From positions 224,001 to 288,000 of the forward strand of contig CAWEQH010000008.1 in NCBI GenBank assembly GCA_963811165.1: DNA of 64,000 nt. Direction: 5' to 3'. The notes under the pieces are model-generated. The model was not told where the DNA came from. It did not search any database and saw only the letters and a list, made by a program, of their open reading frames with translations. The translations under genes were made by a program, and so were the position numbers. Positions 20,592 through 29,244 of this stretch are shown in pieces (position 1 is the first letter of the stretch; every line of letters begins with the position of its first letter). Source of the stretch: an uncultured Nitrospiraceae bacterium. Its GTDB lineage: Bacteria > Nitrospirota > Thermodesulfovibrionia > Thermodesulfovibrionales > UBA6898.

Positions 20592-21127
20592 CGGGCTTTT
20601 TTGTGAAAATCAAAGGCGGTGCAAAGGGTCCGCCGGGTGTGGGGATGACGGAGATACTATGGGCGTGGCTCGGTTCCTCAGTGGGGATAGCGCTATGCGG
20701 ATATCTTTCTGCAAAATATTTTGAACCGAGAGATATGAGTCTTATAATTGGTTCCTTCGGTGCTTCTGCAGTCCTTGTTTATGCCGCAATAAAGAGTCCC
20801 CTTGCGCAGCCGAGAAATCTCATTGGGGGGCATATCCTCTCAGGGCTTGTCGGAGTCGTATGCTTTAAGTTCTTCGGAGATACGCTTTGGATAGCCTCTG
20901 CGATGTCGGTCTCCCTTGCCATTGTGGTGATGCTTTTGACGAAGACACTGCATCCCCCAGGCGGCGCCACTGCTTTAATAGCGGTCATAGGAGGAAAGAA
21001 GGTGCACGCCCTGGGCTTCCTCTATGCACTTGTTCCCGCGGGACTAGGCGCCGTTGTCCTTCTGATTATTGCACTCGTCGTGAATAACCTCTCCAAGAGC
21101 AGAAAATATCCGGAGTATTGGCTCTGA
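20588..21127 (+). CDS. HPP family membrane protein
   Basis: SFGASAVL, SPLAQPRN and LHPPGGATAL motifs. Confidence 0.92.
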   Translation: MTGFFVKIKGGAKGPPGVGMTEILWAWLGSSVGIALCGYLSAKYFEPRDMSLIIGSFGASAVLVYAAIKSPLAQPRNLIGGHILSGLVGVVCFKFFGDTLWIASAMSVSLAIVVMLLTKTLHPPGGATALIAVIGGKKVHALGFLYALVPAGLGAVVLLIIALVVNNLSKSRKYPEYWL

Positions 21128-21138
21128 TTCGGGAGATC

Positions 21139-22086
21139 CTATTTCCCCCAGTCGGACTTGACTCTTGATCGGTGGTGGATATATTTTTCAGCCGAGAGGG
21201 CGGCAAGGCAACCGTTGGAAGCGGCGATCACCACCTGTCTTACCTCGGTGCAGGTCACGTCGCCCGCTGCAAAAACCCCGGGCATCGACGTTTCCATCAT
21301 ACGGTTTGTCTCGATGCATTCCGCTTCGGTAAGTTCAAGCGACCCATAAAGGAAATCGACAATCGGCCTGCTGCCATGGATGTACACGAAGACGCCGGAC
21401 AGCAGTATCTCTTTCTCTTTTTTGTCAGGGCCGATCAGTCTGATCTTTTCAACGGTTTCGTTCCCTTCGATAGCGACTACTGAACTTTCCGGTATTACCG
21501 TGAGGTTTTTCGCTTCGAGCGCGTCATGACCCTCGCCCTTGAGTTTCGGAGTCGGCGAAATCAGATATACGGTTTCGGCAAACCTCGTTAAATAGCCCGC
21601 TTCTTTTGCCGCCTCCTCTGAGTTGCCGATGACGCATACTACCTTGCCCTTATAGAATGCGGCATCGCAAACAGCGCAGTAACTTACGCCCCTGCCGAGG
21701 AAGTCGGCTTCGCCCTTTATGGTGGGCTTTCTTCCCATTGAACCCGTCGCGAGAATTACCGCCTTCCCCCGGAAGCTCTGTTCCATGGTGAATACCTCTT
21801 TGACATCAGAGTCGAGTTTTACCCCGACAACCTGCGCTTCAACGTACTCAGTTCCGAAATTGACCGCCTGCCTCCGGAATATATCGAGAAGTTCTTTGCC
21901 CGATACGGGCGATAAAAGTCCCGGATAATTTTCAATGTGACTCGTGTAGGCAAGGGCTCCTGCGGTTGCTGATTTGTCAAGGACGATCGTCCTGAGTTTT
22001 GCCCTAGAGGCGTATTGCGCTGCGGAAAGCCCGCCCGGTCCTCCGCCTATTATGATTACGTCATATATGCTCTCAGCCTCGGTCAT
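21139..22086 (-). CDS. Flavin thioredoxin reductase lacking canonical NADPH motifs (DTR/FFTR-like)
   Basis: GGGPGG FAD motif, GRGVSYCAVCD, GVFAAGD. GNSEEA and ISPTPK replace GGGxxA and HRR. C-terminus SDWGK. Confidence 0.8.
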   Translation of the reverse strand: MTEAESIYDVIIIGGGPGGLSAAQYASRAKLRTIVLDKSATAGALAYTSHIENYPGLLSPVSGKELLDIFRRQAVNFGTEYVEAQVVGVKLDSDVKEVFTMEQSFRGKAVILATGSMGRKPTIKGEADFLGRGVSYCAVCDAAFYKGKVVCVIGNSEEAAKEAGYLTRFAETVYLISPTPKLKGEGHDALEAKNLTVIPESSVVAIEGNETVEKIRLIGPDKKEKEILLSGVFVYIHGSRPIVDFLYGSLELTEAECIETNRMMETSMPGVFAAGDVTCTEVRQVVIAASNGCLAALSAEKYIHHRSRVKSDWGK

Positions 22087-22241
22087 GTCTCCTCCTTGGT
22101 CATTTATTGCCGCTTCTTCAAATATTTAACCATACTCGGTCAGGACTTGTCAGCAGGAAGGGACCGCCATTGCATGCCGGGTCAACCTCTCATATAATGT
22201 AATTAGACGAAGTTAGATTTTGGCCAAACAAGGAGTATCGT

Positions 22242-22688
22242 ATGGAAAAAAAAGAAATTACGCAAGCTATTTCGGATTATCTCAGGACCCATAGGAAAAT
22301 GACCCTCGCTACGGTCACGCTCGACGGCAGACCCCTCGCCCATACCGTTGAATACGTGTCAGACAACGGCCCTGTGTTGTTCTTCGCGACGAAGAAGACA
22401 ACGAGGAAGGCCCAGAATATCATGAAAAACGCGAATGTTTCCTTCGCAGTAGATGAGGACTATGACGACTGGATGAAGATCCGGGGGGTACAGGTAGAGG
22501 GCCGTGCGACGATCCTCTCAGAGGAGAAGGATATACAATATGCCGCGAACCTGTTCTTAAAAAAATTCCCTTTTGTGGCCGAATTTACACCAGACCCTGA
22601 TATGGTCTTCGTGAAGATCGAGCCGGTTGCCGGCTTTTTTCTGGACAATACGAAAGGGTTCGCACACAGGGATGAGGTGAAGTTTTAG
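22242..22688 (+). CDS. Pyridoxamine 5'-phosphate oxidase-like split-barrel protein
   Basis: MTLATV..DGRP, RKAQNI..N.NVSFAV and RGVQVEGRA motifs. Confidence 0.8.
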   Translation: MEKKEITQAISDYLRTHRKMTLATVTLDGRPLAHTVEYVSDNGPVLFFATKKTTRKAQNIMKNANVSFAVDEDYDDWMKIRGVQVEGRATILSEEKDIQYAANLFLKKFPFVAEFTPDPDMVFVKIEPVAGFFLDNTKGFAHRDEVKF

Positions 22689-23743
22689 AACCTTTTTAGA
22701 ATATGGTAGTAAGTATCTCTCTGCGCCGGTTTAAATCCCGCTGAAGAGATAGCGTTGACGATGTCATCTTTCGACACCTGATAACTTACCCCTGTAGAGG
22801 CAACCACATTTTCCTCTATCATCGTCGAGCCGAAGTCGTTTGCTCCGAACCTCAGGCTGACCTGAGCGAGTTTCAGTCCCTGCGTCACCCACGAGGCCTG
22901 GACGTTATCGACATTGTCGAGATATAGCCGCGAAAGGGAGAGCACTCTGAGATAATCCACTGCACTGGTCCGGGCGTATCGCGCGCCCCTGCTTAATTCA
23001 GTGTTCCCCGGCTGAAACGACCATGGGATGAAGGCGGTAAACCCTCCGGTCCTGTCCTGCAGCTCCCTGATGGAATCGAGATGTTCGATAATGTCCTCCG
23101 GTTTTTCGATACTGCCAAACATCATCGTTGCGGTTGTCCTCATCCCTAGTTTGTGTGCGTTTTCCATGACGGCCAGCCAGCGGGAGGAACGTATCTTTTT
23201 CGGACTGAGTATCTCTCTCACCCTGTCTGAAAGAATCTCCGCTCCGCCTCCAGGTATGGAATCGAGACCCGCCTCTTTCAATATCCCGAGGGTCTCCCTT
23301 ATAGTAAGGGAAGAGGTATCGGCGATATAGCATATTTCCGGAGGGGAAAAGCCATGGACGTTTATGTCGAACCTCTTTTTAATCGAGGTCAGCAATTTCA
23401 AGTAATAGTGAATGTCGAGCGAGGGGTGAAGTCCGCCCTGGATCAATATCTGGGTCCCGCCCAGTTCTAGCGTCTCTTCGATCTTTGCAAAGAGCGTTTC
23501 GTCATCAAGAAGGTAGGCATCAGGAGCGTCTTCGTCCCTCCAGAAGGCGCAGAACCTGCATTTGTTGATGCATACATTAGTATAGTTGATGTTCCTGTCG
23601 ACGATGAAGGTAACCATGCCTTCCGGATGGAGCGCCTTCCTCATTTTGTCGGCGGCGGCCCCGAGATCGAGGAGGTCGGCGCGCCTGAACATGGCGAGCG
23701 CTTCCCTCTTCGTGATCCGCCCTTTAGCTCTATCTTTTCCCAT
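22685..23743 (-). CDS. mqnC: Cyclic dehypoxanthine futalosine synthase (radical SAM)
   Basis: DRNINYTNVCINKCRFCAF, QGGLHP, FIPWSFQ, QASWVTQG and GSTMIEENV motifs. Confidence 0.9.
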   Translation of the reverse strand: MGKDRAKGRITKREALAMFRRADLLDLGAAADKMRKALHPEGMVTFIVDRNINYTNVCINKCRFCAFWRDEDAPDAYLLDDETLFAKIEETLELGGTQILIQGGLHPSLDIHYYLKLLTSIKKRFDINVHGFSPPEICYIADTSSLTIRETLGILKEAGLDSIPGGGAEILSDRVREILSPKKIRSSRWLAVMENAHKLGMRTTATMMFGSIEKPEDIIEHLDSIRELQDRTGGFTAFIPWSFQPGNTELSRGARYARTSAVDYLRVLSLSRLYLDNVDNVQASWVTQGLKLAQVSLRFGANDFGSTMIEENVVASTGVSYQVSKDDIVNAISSAGFKPAQRDTYYHILKRF

Positions 23744-24812
23744 CTTGCCTGATTTTTCTGTAAAAAGAATCTCTCTCGACGGGTACCTTCCCGGCCTTCC
23801 TGATCATATGGACTAACTGCTCCGCCGAAAGGCGCTCCCCGGTCAGTCCGCCGGCGGAGTGTGTGATCTTTTCTTCGATGATCGTACCGTCGACGTCGTC
23901 GGCCCCGAATTTAAGCGCGAGCTGCGATATCTTTTCACCCAGCATTATCCAGTATGCCTTTATATGGTCGAAATTATCGAGGACCAGACGGCTTACCGCG
24001 ATAGTCTTGAGGTCGTCGATTCCGGATGTATATCTCCCTTGTATGTGCGTGTTCTTCGGATGATACGCAAGAGGGATGAATGCCTGGAATCCTCCTGTTC
24101 TGTCCTGGAGTTTCCTGAGTCTGATGAGATGGTCGACACGGTCCTCATATTTTTCGACGTGTCCGTACAACATCGTGGCGTTTGTCCGTATTCCTGCCCG
24201 GTGAGCGGCAGACATCACCTCAAGCCACCTTGTGCCGGATATCTTTTCGGGACAGAGCCGGTTCCTGATTGCAGGGGCGAATATCTCTGCACCTCCTCCA
24301 GGCATCGAGCCCAGGCCGTTTGACTTCAGCGCGGCGAGTGTATCTTCAAGACTGAGACCGCTTATTTTTGACATATAGTCCACCTCGACCGCCGTGAATG
24401 CCTTGATATGCAATTTGGGGAAGTGATTTTTTATGGTTGAGATCATTTCGAGGTAATATTCGAAGGGCCAGTCGGGATGGAGTCCGCCTACAATGTGGAC
24501 CTCGGAAATAGGGCGACCGGTAAGTACGAGAGGCCGAATTTTACCCACAATTTCTTCAATAGTCAGTTCGAAGGCGCCCTCTTGCCCGGCAGACCTGCTG
24601 AAGGCGCAGAACCTGCATCTATTGACGCAGACGTTCGTCGGGTTGATATGCCTGTTGCGTATAAAGTAGGCCTTGTTCCCGTTTTTCTTTTCCGCAAAGG
24701 AAAAGGCGATCCTGCCCAGGGAAAAGATATCATCGGTCTCAAAGAGCTTGAGCGCGTCACGCCCTGCCACGCGTTTGCCGGAGAGGATCTTTTCTTCTAT
24801 CTTCTTGAGCAC
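23730..24812 (-). CDS. mqnE: Aminofutalosine synthase (radical SAM)
   Basis: HINPTNVCVNRCRFCAF, EVHIVGG, KAFTAVE, HIKAYW and DGTIIEEKI motifs. Confidence 0.9.
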   Translation of the reverse strand: MLKKIEEKILSGKRVAGRDALKLFETDDIFSLGRIAFSFAEKKNGNKAYFIRNRHINPTNVCVNRCRFCAFSRSAGQEGAFELTIEEIVGKIRPLVLTGRPISEVHIVGGLHPDWPFEYYLEMISTIKNHFPKLHIKAFTAVEVDYMSKISGLSLEDTLAALKSNGLGSMPGGGAEIFAPAIRNRLCPEKISGTRWLEVMSAAHRAGIRTNATMLYGHVEKYEDRVDHLIRLRKLQDRTGGFQAFIPLAYHPKNTHIQGRYTSGIDDLKTIAVSRLVLDNFDHIKAYWIMLGEKISQLALKFGADDVDGTIIEEKITHSAGGLTGERLSAEQLVHMIRKAGKVPVERDSFYRKIRQDGKR

Positions 24813-24930
24813 ACTTAATTATAAATCAAATGGCATCGGGAAGACCAAATTAATAGCCATCGGAGCCTAGAAAAGGAACACGCGGATCATGGCCATTTCC
24901 GTTCTTTAACCCGAACTGACTTGGGTTTTG

Positions 24931-24960
24931 TTGACGTAATTTGTCCGTATATGGTATAAA
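24931..24960 (+). promoter_or_regulatory. sigma70 promoter of the rpsF operon
   Basis: TTGACG (24931-24936) ... TG-G-TATAAA (24955-24960). Confidence 0.6.
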
Positions 24961-24965
24961 TTAAT

Positions 24966-25033
24966 GCTCCTTGCTCTTTCCTTTGGAAAGGGCTTTAGTC
25001 CCTGCCACGGCGGGGAAAAATCCATAAGGAGGT
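24966..25033 (+). ncRNA. Putative S6:S18 ribosomal protein leader (cis-regulatory RNA)
   Basis: CTCCTT (24967-24972) pairs with the SD AAGGAG (25026-25031) and encloses two hairpins (24973-24993, 25000-25015). A CC motif precedes the SD helix. Directly upstream of rpsF. Confidence 0.6.
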
Positions 25034-25039
25034 GTTTGA

Positions 25040-25390
25040 ATGAACATCTACGAAAATATCGTTATCCTCAACGCGGCGCTTCCCGACGAAGAAATCAACG
25101 CTGCGCTCCAGAAGATCAAGGATTTGATCGTCAATGCCGGGGGAGAGGTCCTTAAGACCGACATGTGGGGCAGGAGGAAACTGGCTTATGAGATCAAGAA
25201 GCAGAACAAGGGGATGTATACGCTTCTTATATTTAAAACACCGCCTGCTACAGTCAAGAAACTCGAAGAGTTTTACAAGGTCTTCGATCCTGTCATCAAG
25301 TATATGGTGATCAAGCTTGGGCCGAAGCAGGTAAAGCACTTTGAGAGCATCCAGGCCGCCGAGGCGGAACAGCCGAAGAGCGAGGCCTAA
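25040..25390 (+). CDS. rpsF: 30S ribosomal protein S6
   Basis: YENIVIL and WGRRKLAYEIKK motifs. Confidence 0.95.
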   Translation: MNIYENIVILNAALPDEEINAALQKIKDLIVNAGGEVLKTDMWGRRKLAYEIKKQNKGMYTLLIFKTPPATVKKLEEFYKVFDPVIKYMVIKLGPKQVKHFESIQAAEAEQPKSEA

Positions 25391-25786
25391 ATGTACAACA
25401 AGGTAATACTCATCGGTAATCTTACCAAAGACCCCGAAATGAGATATACCCCGCAGGGAACTCCTGTGGCCACGTTCAGTCTTGCCATTAACTATTCTTA
25501 CAAACAGGGCGACGAATGGAAAAAGGAGACGACCTTTGTCGATATCGTCGTCTTCGGTAAGCAGGCCGAGTCCTGCGGCCAGTACCTGAACAAGGGCAGT
25601 TCGGCCCTCGTTGAGGGGAGGCTCCAGGAAAGGCGCTGGGAATCGGATGGACAGCAGCGGAGAAAATTCGAGGTCGTTGCACAGTCGGTCAAGTTCCTTT
25701 CATCAAAAAAGAGCGGGACACAGGGCGGCGGAGGAGGGGAAGATTTCGCACCGCCGGAAGAGACGACCGATTTAGAACCGTTTTAA
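25391..25786 (+). CDS. ssb: Single-stranded DNA-binding protein
   Basis: NKVILIGNLTKDPE, VEGRLQ; acidic tail ending DLEPF. Confidence 0.97.
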   Translation: MYNKVILIGNLTKDPEMRYTPQGTPVATFSLAINYSYKQGDEWKKETTFVDIVVFGKQAESCGQYLNKGSSALVEGRLQERRWESDGQQRRKFEVVAQSVKFLSSKKSGTQGGGGGEDFAPPEETTDLEPF

Positions 25787-25842
25787 CAATTTTCAACAAT
25801 AAATAAAATTAGACGTCGGATATATGTTCGAAAGGAGACACA

Positions 25843-26073
25843 ATGGCGTATCAACAGAAGAGATTCCAGAGAAGAAAGTTTTGCAAGTTCTGCTCTGAAA
25901 AGACGGAATTTATTGATTATAAGGACATAAGGCTCCTCAGGTCGTATCTGACCGAAAGAGGAAAGATACTTTCCAGGAGAATGACCGGCACATGCGCAAA
26001 GCACCAAAGGGAGCTGAATGAGGCGATCATGAGGGGCAGAAATATTGCTCTCCTTTCCTTTGTAGAGAAATAA
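25843..26073 (+). CDS. rpsR: 30S ribosomal protein S18 (Zn-binding C+ type)
   Basis: [23 protein letters not shown] and CAKHQR motifs. Confidence 0.95.
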   Translation: MAYQQKRFQRRKFCKFCSEKTEFIDYKDIRLLRSYLTERGKILSRRMTGTCAKHQRELNEAIMRGRNIALLSFVEK

Positions 26074-26074
26074 G

Positions 26075-26356
26075 ATGAGGGTCCCCAAGTCATGGGTGCC
26101 GATACTGGCCAAAAAGGTGTCGGAGAACCTGACTTCCAAGGAAGTTGTGAGGATTACGGTCCCCATGGATAAGTTCATCGAAAAGACGGAAGAAATCATA
26201 ATAGAAGAACTTGCTGTGGAAGACAGGCTCAATGACGAGGTGAGGGAACTGCTGAAGAAGCACTCTACAGATATCGAACGGGGCAGGATGGATTACCGGA
26301 GGCTTTTTGAACTGACTAAACAGAAACTCGTAAAGGAGAGAAACCTCGTCCTATGA
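26075..26356 (+). CDS. DUF507-like protein
   Basis: Short helical protein with EDRLNDEVRELL and YRRLFELTKQKL; paired with the next ORF. Confidence 0.7.
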   Translation: MRVPKSWVPILAKKVSENLTSKEVVRITVPMDKFIEKTEEIIIEELAVEDRLNDEVRELLKKHSTDIERGRMDYRRLFELTKQKLVKERNLVL

Positions 26357-26637
26357 TGCTCTCCGAGGACAAGATATCCCATCTCAGTCATGTCCTCCTC
26401 AAGGGCCTGATTCGGCAGGGCCTGGTAGAATTGGTTGAGGACGAAGGCACGATACGGCGCGAAATTAAACGCACGATCATTTCGGAACTGAAGGTAGGGG
26501 AGGAGATAGATCAGATTGTCAGGAAGAAACTCCAGTCGTTTTCAAAGAAATTGATAGAAGGCAGCCCCGAATGGGAAGTACTCTACAAAAAATTCTTCCG
26601 GGAAGAGGAGATAAAGAAGGGCAGGGCCACCGGCTGA
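26353..26637 (+). CDS. DUF507-like protein
   Basis: LSEDKISHLSH and IEGSPEWEVLYKKFFREE motifs. Confidence 0.7.
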   Translation: MMLSEDKISHLSHVLLKGLIRQGLVELVEDEGTIRREIKRTIISELKVGEEIDQIVRKKLQSFSKKLIEGSPEWEVLYKKFFREEEIKKGRATG

Positions 26638-28649
26638 AGAGGGGCGCGGCGCTCCTCTTGCTTGTCGTCTCCTGGCTTTCCCTGTTGGCTGATTTCCCTG
26701 CAAGACGCCCTGTCATCTGGTTCCCTCTTTCCGCTGCAACTGTCTTGCTATACGCTTTTCTCATTTTCAGAGCTGAAAAAAAAGAATTGTCTGCAGAGTT
26801 TTTATTGGCGGTATTGATAATCCTGGCCGGAGTTATTTCGGCTCTGAGATTGCAATGGCTTAAGCTGGTCTTTTTCCCTATCGTTGTTGCTCTCGTTTAT
26901 TTTTATCCGTTAAAGACGGCCCTTCGTCTGTCTCTGCTTCTCCCTGCCGTCGGGATGAAGGATTCTCTCCCCGCTCTCATATCTTTTTTGCTGCATAAGG
27001 GACCATTTCCTTCGGGAATCCTTATCGAAGAAGCGTCATTCTCTTTATTCCTGATGCTTGCGGCATTAACGGCTGGAGTGATGGTTGAAAGGCCGAAAAA
27101 AGAGAAAGAGGACATCGAGAGATCGTTGCATGAGATCAGGGACAAGGCAAGGGGGATCACTCGCGAAGCCGAGATGGAATCTTTGAGCAATGACGAAATG
27201 ATGGTCCATTACGAGGCTTTCGCGCGCAGTACCGACGAGGAAATAACGGAGCTCCTCCTCACGATAAAAAAAGCCGTCTTGGCCGACTCGGCCAATTTTT
27301 TTGTTCCTTGCAGCGGAGGAATTGAATTGAGATGCACAACGGAGGGAAAAGACGACATCGCTACGAGTAGTGGAGGGGTTATCGCCAAATGCTTAAACGA
27401 CAGGAAGACTTTTTCATCCGGCGAGCTCGACGAAAAAGAGATTGATCTTGGGTATCACAAAACAGGCAAAATGAAAATTACCTCCGTGATTGCCATCCCG
27501 ATTGTGGAGAGCTCGGCAATGATTGGAGTGCTGACCGTCGACAGCTCCCGTTATCAGGCTTTCAGTGGAATAGAGGGAACGGAGAAGACGGTCAGGATGT
27601 TCGCCGACCATCTCATCAGGATCCTCGAAAGACAGAGGATATCCATGGCGCTAAACCGTGAATTGTCAGGGTTGAAGATGCTGGAGAGGGAAAGTTCGTC
27701 TCTCGTTACCTCACTGAAGATAGATGAGATTTCCGAGAAGCTTTGCAAGGTGGCGGTGAAGATATCCGGTGCCAGGTCATTTTTTTTTATCATTCAGGGC
27801 AGGAAGTTCGAGTTGAAGTATCATACCGGAGCCGCGCCGCAGGGTACAGCCCTTTTTAACCTGGGGGGAACCATTGTCAACTTTGCAGTTGAAAACAGGC
27901 ATAGACATTATGTCCCGGATCTGAGGGAGTACGCCTCTGTTAAGGTCATGCCGTTTGAGACGGAAAACGTCCTGTCGGTTATGGCGATTCCCATGATATA
28001 TGAAAAAAATCTCCTCGGTCTGCTGGTCATGCTTTCTGAGGAAACTGATTTCCTCGATGCCTCCCGGATAAATCTGCTGGATATTTTCTGCAACCAGGCT
28101 TCAACATCCATAGCGAATGCGCAGTTGCATGCAAGGATTGAAAAAATGGCGACGACCGACGGTCTTACCGGGCTTTTCAACCACAGGCTGTTTCAGGAAA
28201 AGCTCTCGGACGAGTTCAAACGCATGAACCGAATTTCCGGGCCCATCTCCCTTATCCTGGCAGATATCGATCATTTCAAAAAGGTGAACGACACGTACGG
28301 CCATCCTGTGGGCGACCTTGTACTTAAAAGGGTTGCGCAGGTGATAAAGGAGACGATCCGGGATATAGACATCCCCGCAAGATACGGAGGAGAAGAGTTC
28401 GCCGTTGTCCTTCCCGGGACCTCCGGTGAGGGGGCAGGGAATATCGCCGAGAGGTTGAGACAAAAAGTTAAGGAGAATCCCTCTTCTGTAAACGGCAGGC
28501 AGATTGACGTTTCAATCAGCATTGGTATAGCAACCTCTCCATCCGATGCGAAGAGCAAAGAGGACCTCATAGAAAAGGCGGACAAGGCCCTCTATCATGC
28601 AAAACACAGCGGAAGGGACCAAAGCGTGCTCTGGTCCTCTATTTCATAG
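26571..28649 (+). CDS. Membrane-bound GAF-GAF-GGDEF diguanylate cyclase (start uncertain, perhaps ~26634)
   Basis: N-terminal TM helices, two GAF-like segments, DGLTGLFN, DIDHFKKVNDTYGH, and RDIDIPARYGGEEF (RxxD I-site plus GGEEF). Confidence 0.9.
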   Translation: MGSTLQKILPGRGDKEGQGHRLKRGAALLLLVVSWLSLLADFPARRPVIWFPLSAATVLLYAFLIFRAEKKELSAEFLLAVLIILAGVISALRLQWLKLVFFPIVVALVYFYPLKTALRLSLLLPAVGMKDSLPALISFLLHKGPFPSGILIEEASFSLFLMLAALTAGVMVERPKKEKEDIERSLHEIRDKARGITREAEMESLSNDEMMVHYEAFARSTDEEITELLLTIKKAVLADSANFFVPCSGGIELRCTTEGKDDIATSSGGVIAKCLNDRKTFSSGELDEKEIDLGYHKTGKMKITSVIAIPIVESSAMIGVLTVDSSRYQAFSGIEGTEKTVRMFADHLIRILERQRISMALNRELSGLKMLERESSSLVTSLKIDEISEKLCKVAVKISGARSFFFIIQGRKFELKYHTGAAPQGTALFNLGGTIVNFAVENRHRHYVPDLREYASVKVMPFETENVLSVMAIPMIYEKNLLGLLVMLSEETDFLDASRINLLDIFCNQASTSIANAQLHARIEKMATTDGLTGLFNHRLFQEKLSDEFKRMNRISGPISLILADIDHFKKVNDTYGHPVGDLVLKRVAQVIKETIRDIDIPARYGGEEFAVVLPGTSGEGAGNIAERLRQKVKENPSSVNGRQIDVSISIGIATSPSDAKSKEDLIEKADKALYHAKHSGRDQSVLWSSIS

Positions 28650-28651
28650 CG

Positions 28652-28951
28652 ATGGCGTTTGTCCCTGATGTGACGGAGGAGGGGGTCAAAAGGGAACGCA
28701 CCCGGGCGCGCGAGCTCAGACAGTCGCAATGGTGGAAGCGGAAACGGTCCGAAGGTGTCTGTTATTTCTGCGGCAAGAAATTTCCCCCCAAAGACCTCAC
28801 CATGGACCATGTCATTCCTCTTATCAGAGGGGGAAAGTCTACGAAGGGCAACGTCGTAGCTGCATGCAAAGAATGTAACAATAAAAAGAAGCATATGTTG
28901 CCGCTCGAATGGGAAGAATACCTTCAGAGGCTGAAAGAGGAAGAAATCTAG
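28652..28951 (+). CDS. Small HNH endonuclease-family protein
   Basis: CYFC, TMDHVIPL.RGG and NVVAACKECN motifs. Confidence 0.9.
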   Translation: MAFVPDVTEEGVKRERTRARELRQSQWWKRKRSEGVCYFCGKKFPPKDLTMDHVIPLIRGGKSTKGNVVAACKECNNKKKHMLPLEWEEYLQRLKEEEI

Positions 28952-29154
28952 GCCGGCAGTTTTTTCCCGTCGGGAAGTAGGTCTGCCGGGGGTTCCTTTC
29001 CTGTATCAATAAGCTGATATCGTGCGCACTTCACGCAATTCAAGGGGTCTTCGCAATAGCCGGTCAAAAAGGGTTGCAACTGTATAATCCGCACGGAGGT
29101 CGTAAGAAGATTGTACATGGGACAGCCTTCCATATTTTTACACTTAAATGACAT
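28948..29154 (-). CDS. Small Cys-rich hypothetical protein
   Basis: 68 aa with C..CPMY...YC...CVKCARY...PADLLPDG; GAGGG RBS upstream. Confidence 0.65.
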   Translation of the reverse strand: MSFKCKNMEGCPMYNLLTTSVRIIQLQPFLTGYCEDPLNCVKCARYQLIDTGKEPPADLLPDGKKLPA

Positions 29155-29244
29155 CCAGCCCTCTTGTTACAGATTAGATCATATGTTAACGCGAAACGGA
29201 TGGTTTTTAGGGTAGATAATAAGTCTATTATAAAAATAAATAGG

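Noticed and set aside
28652..28951. HNH gene as a mobile element or defence system
   Set aside because: Short stand-alone HNH in a housekeeping context with no methyltransferase, repeats, intron or integrase nearby.
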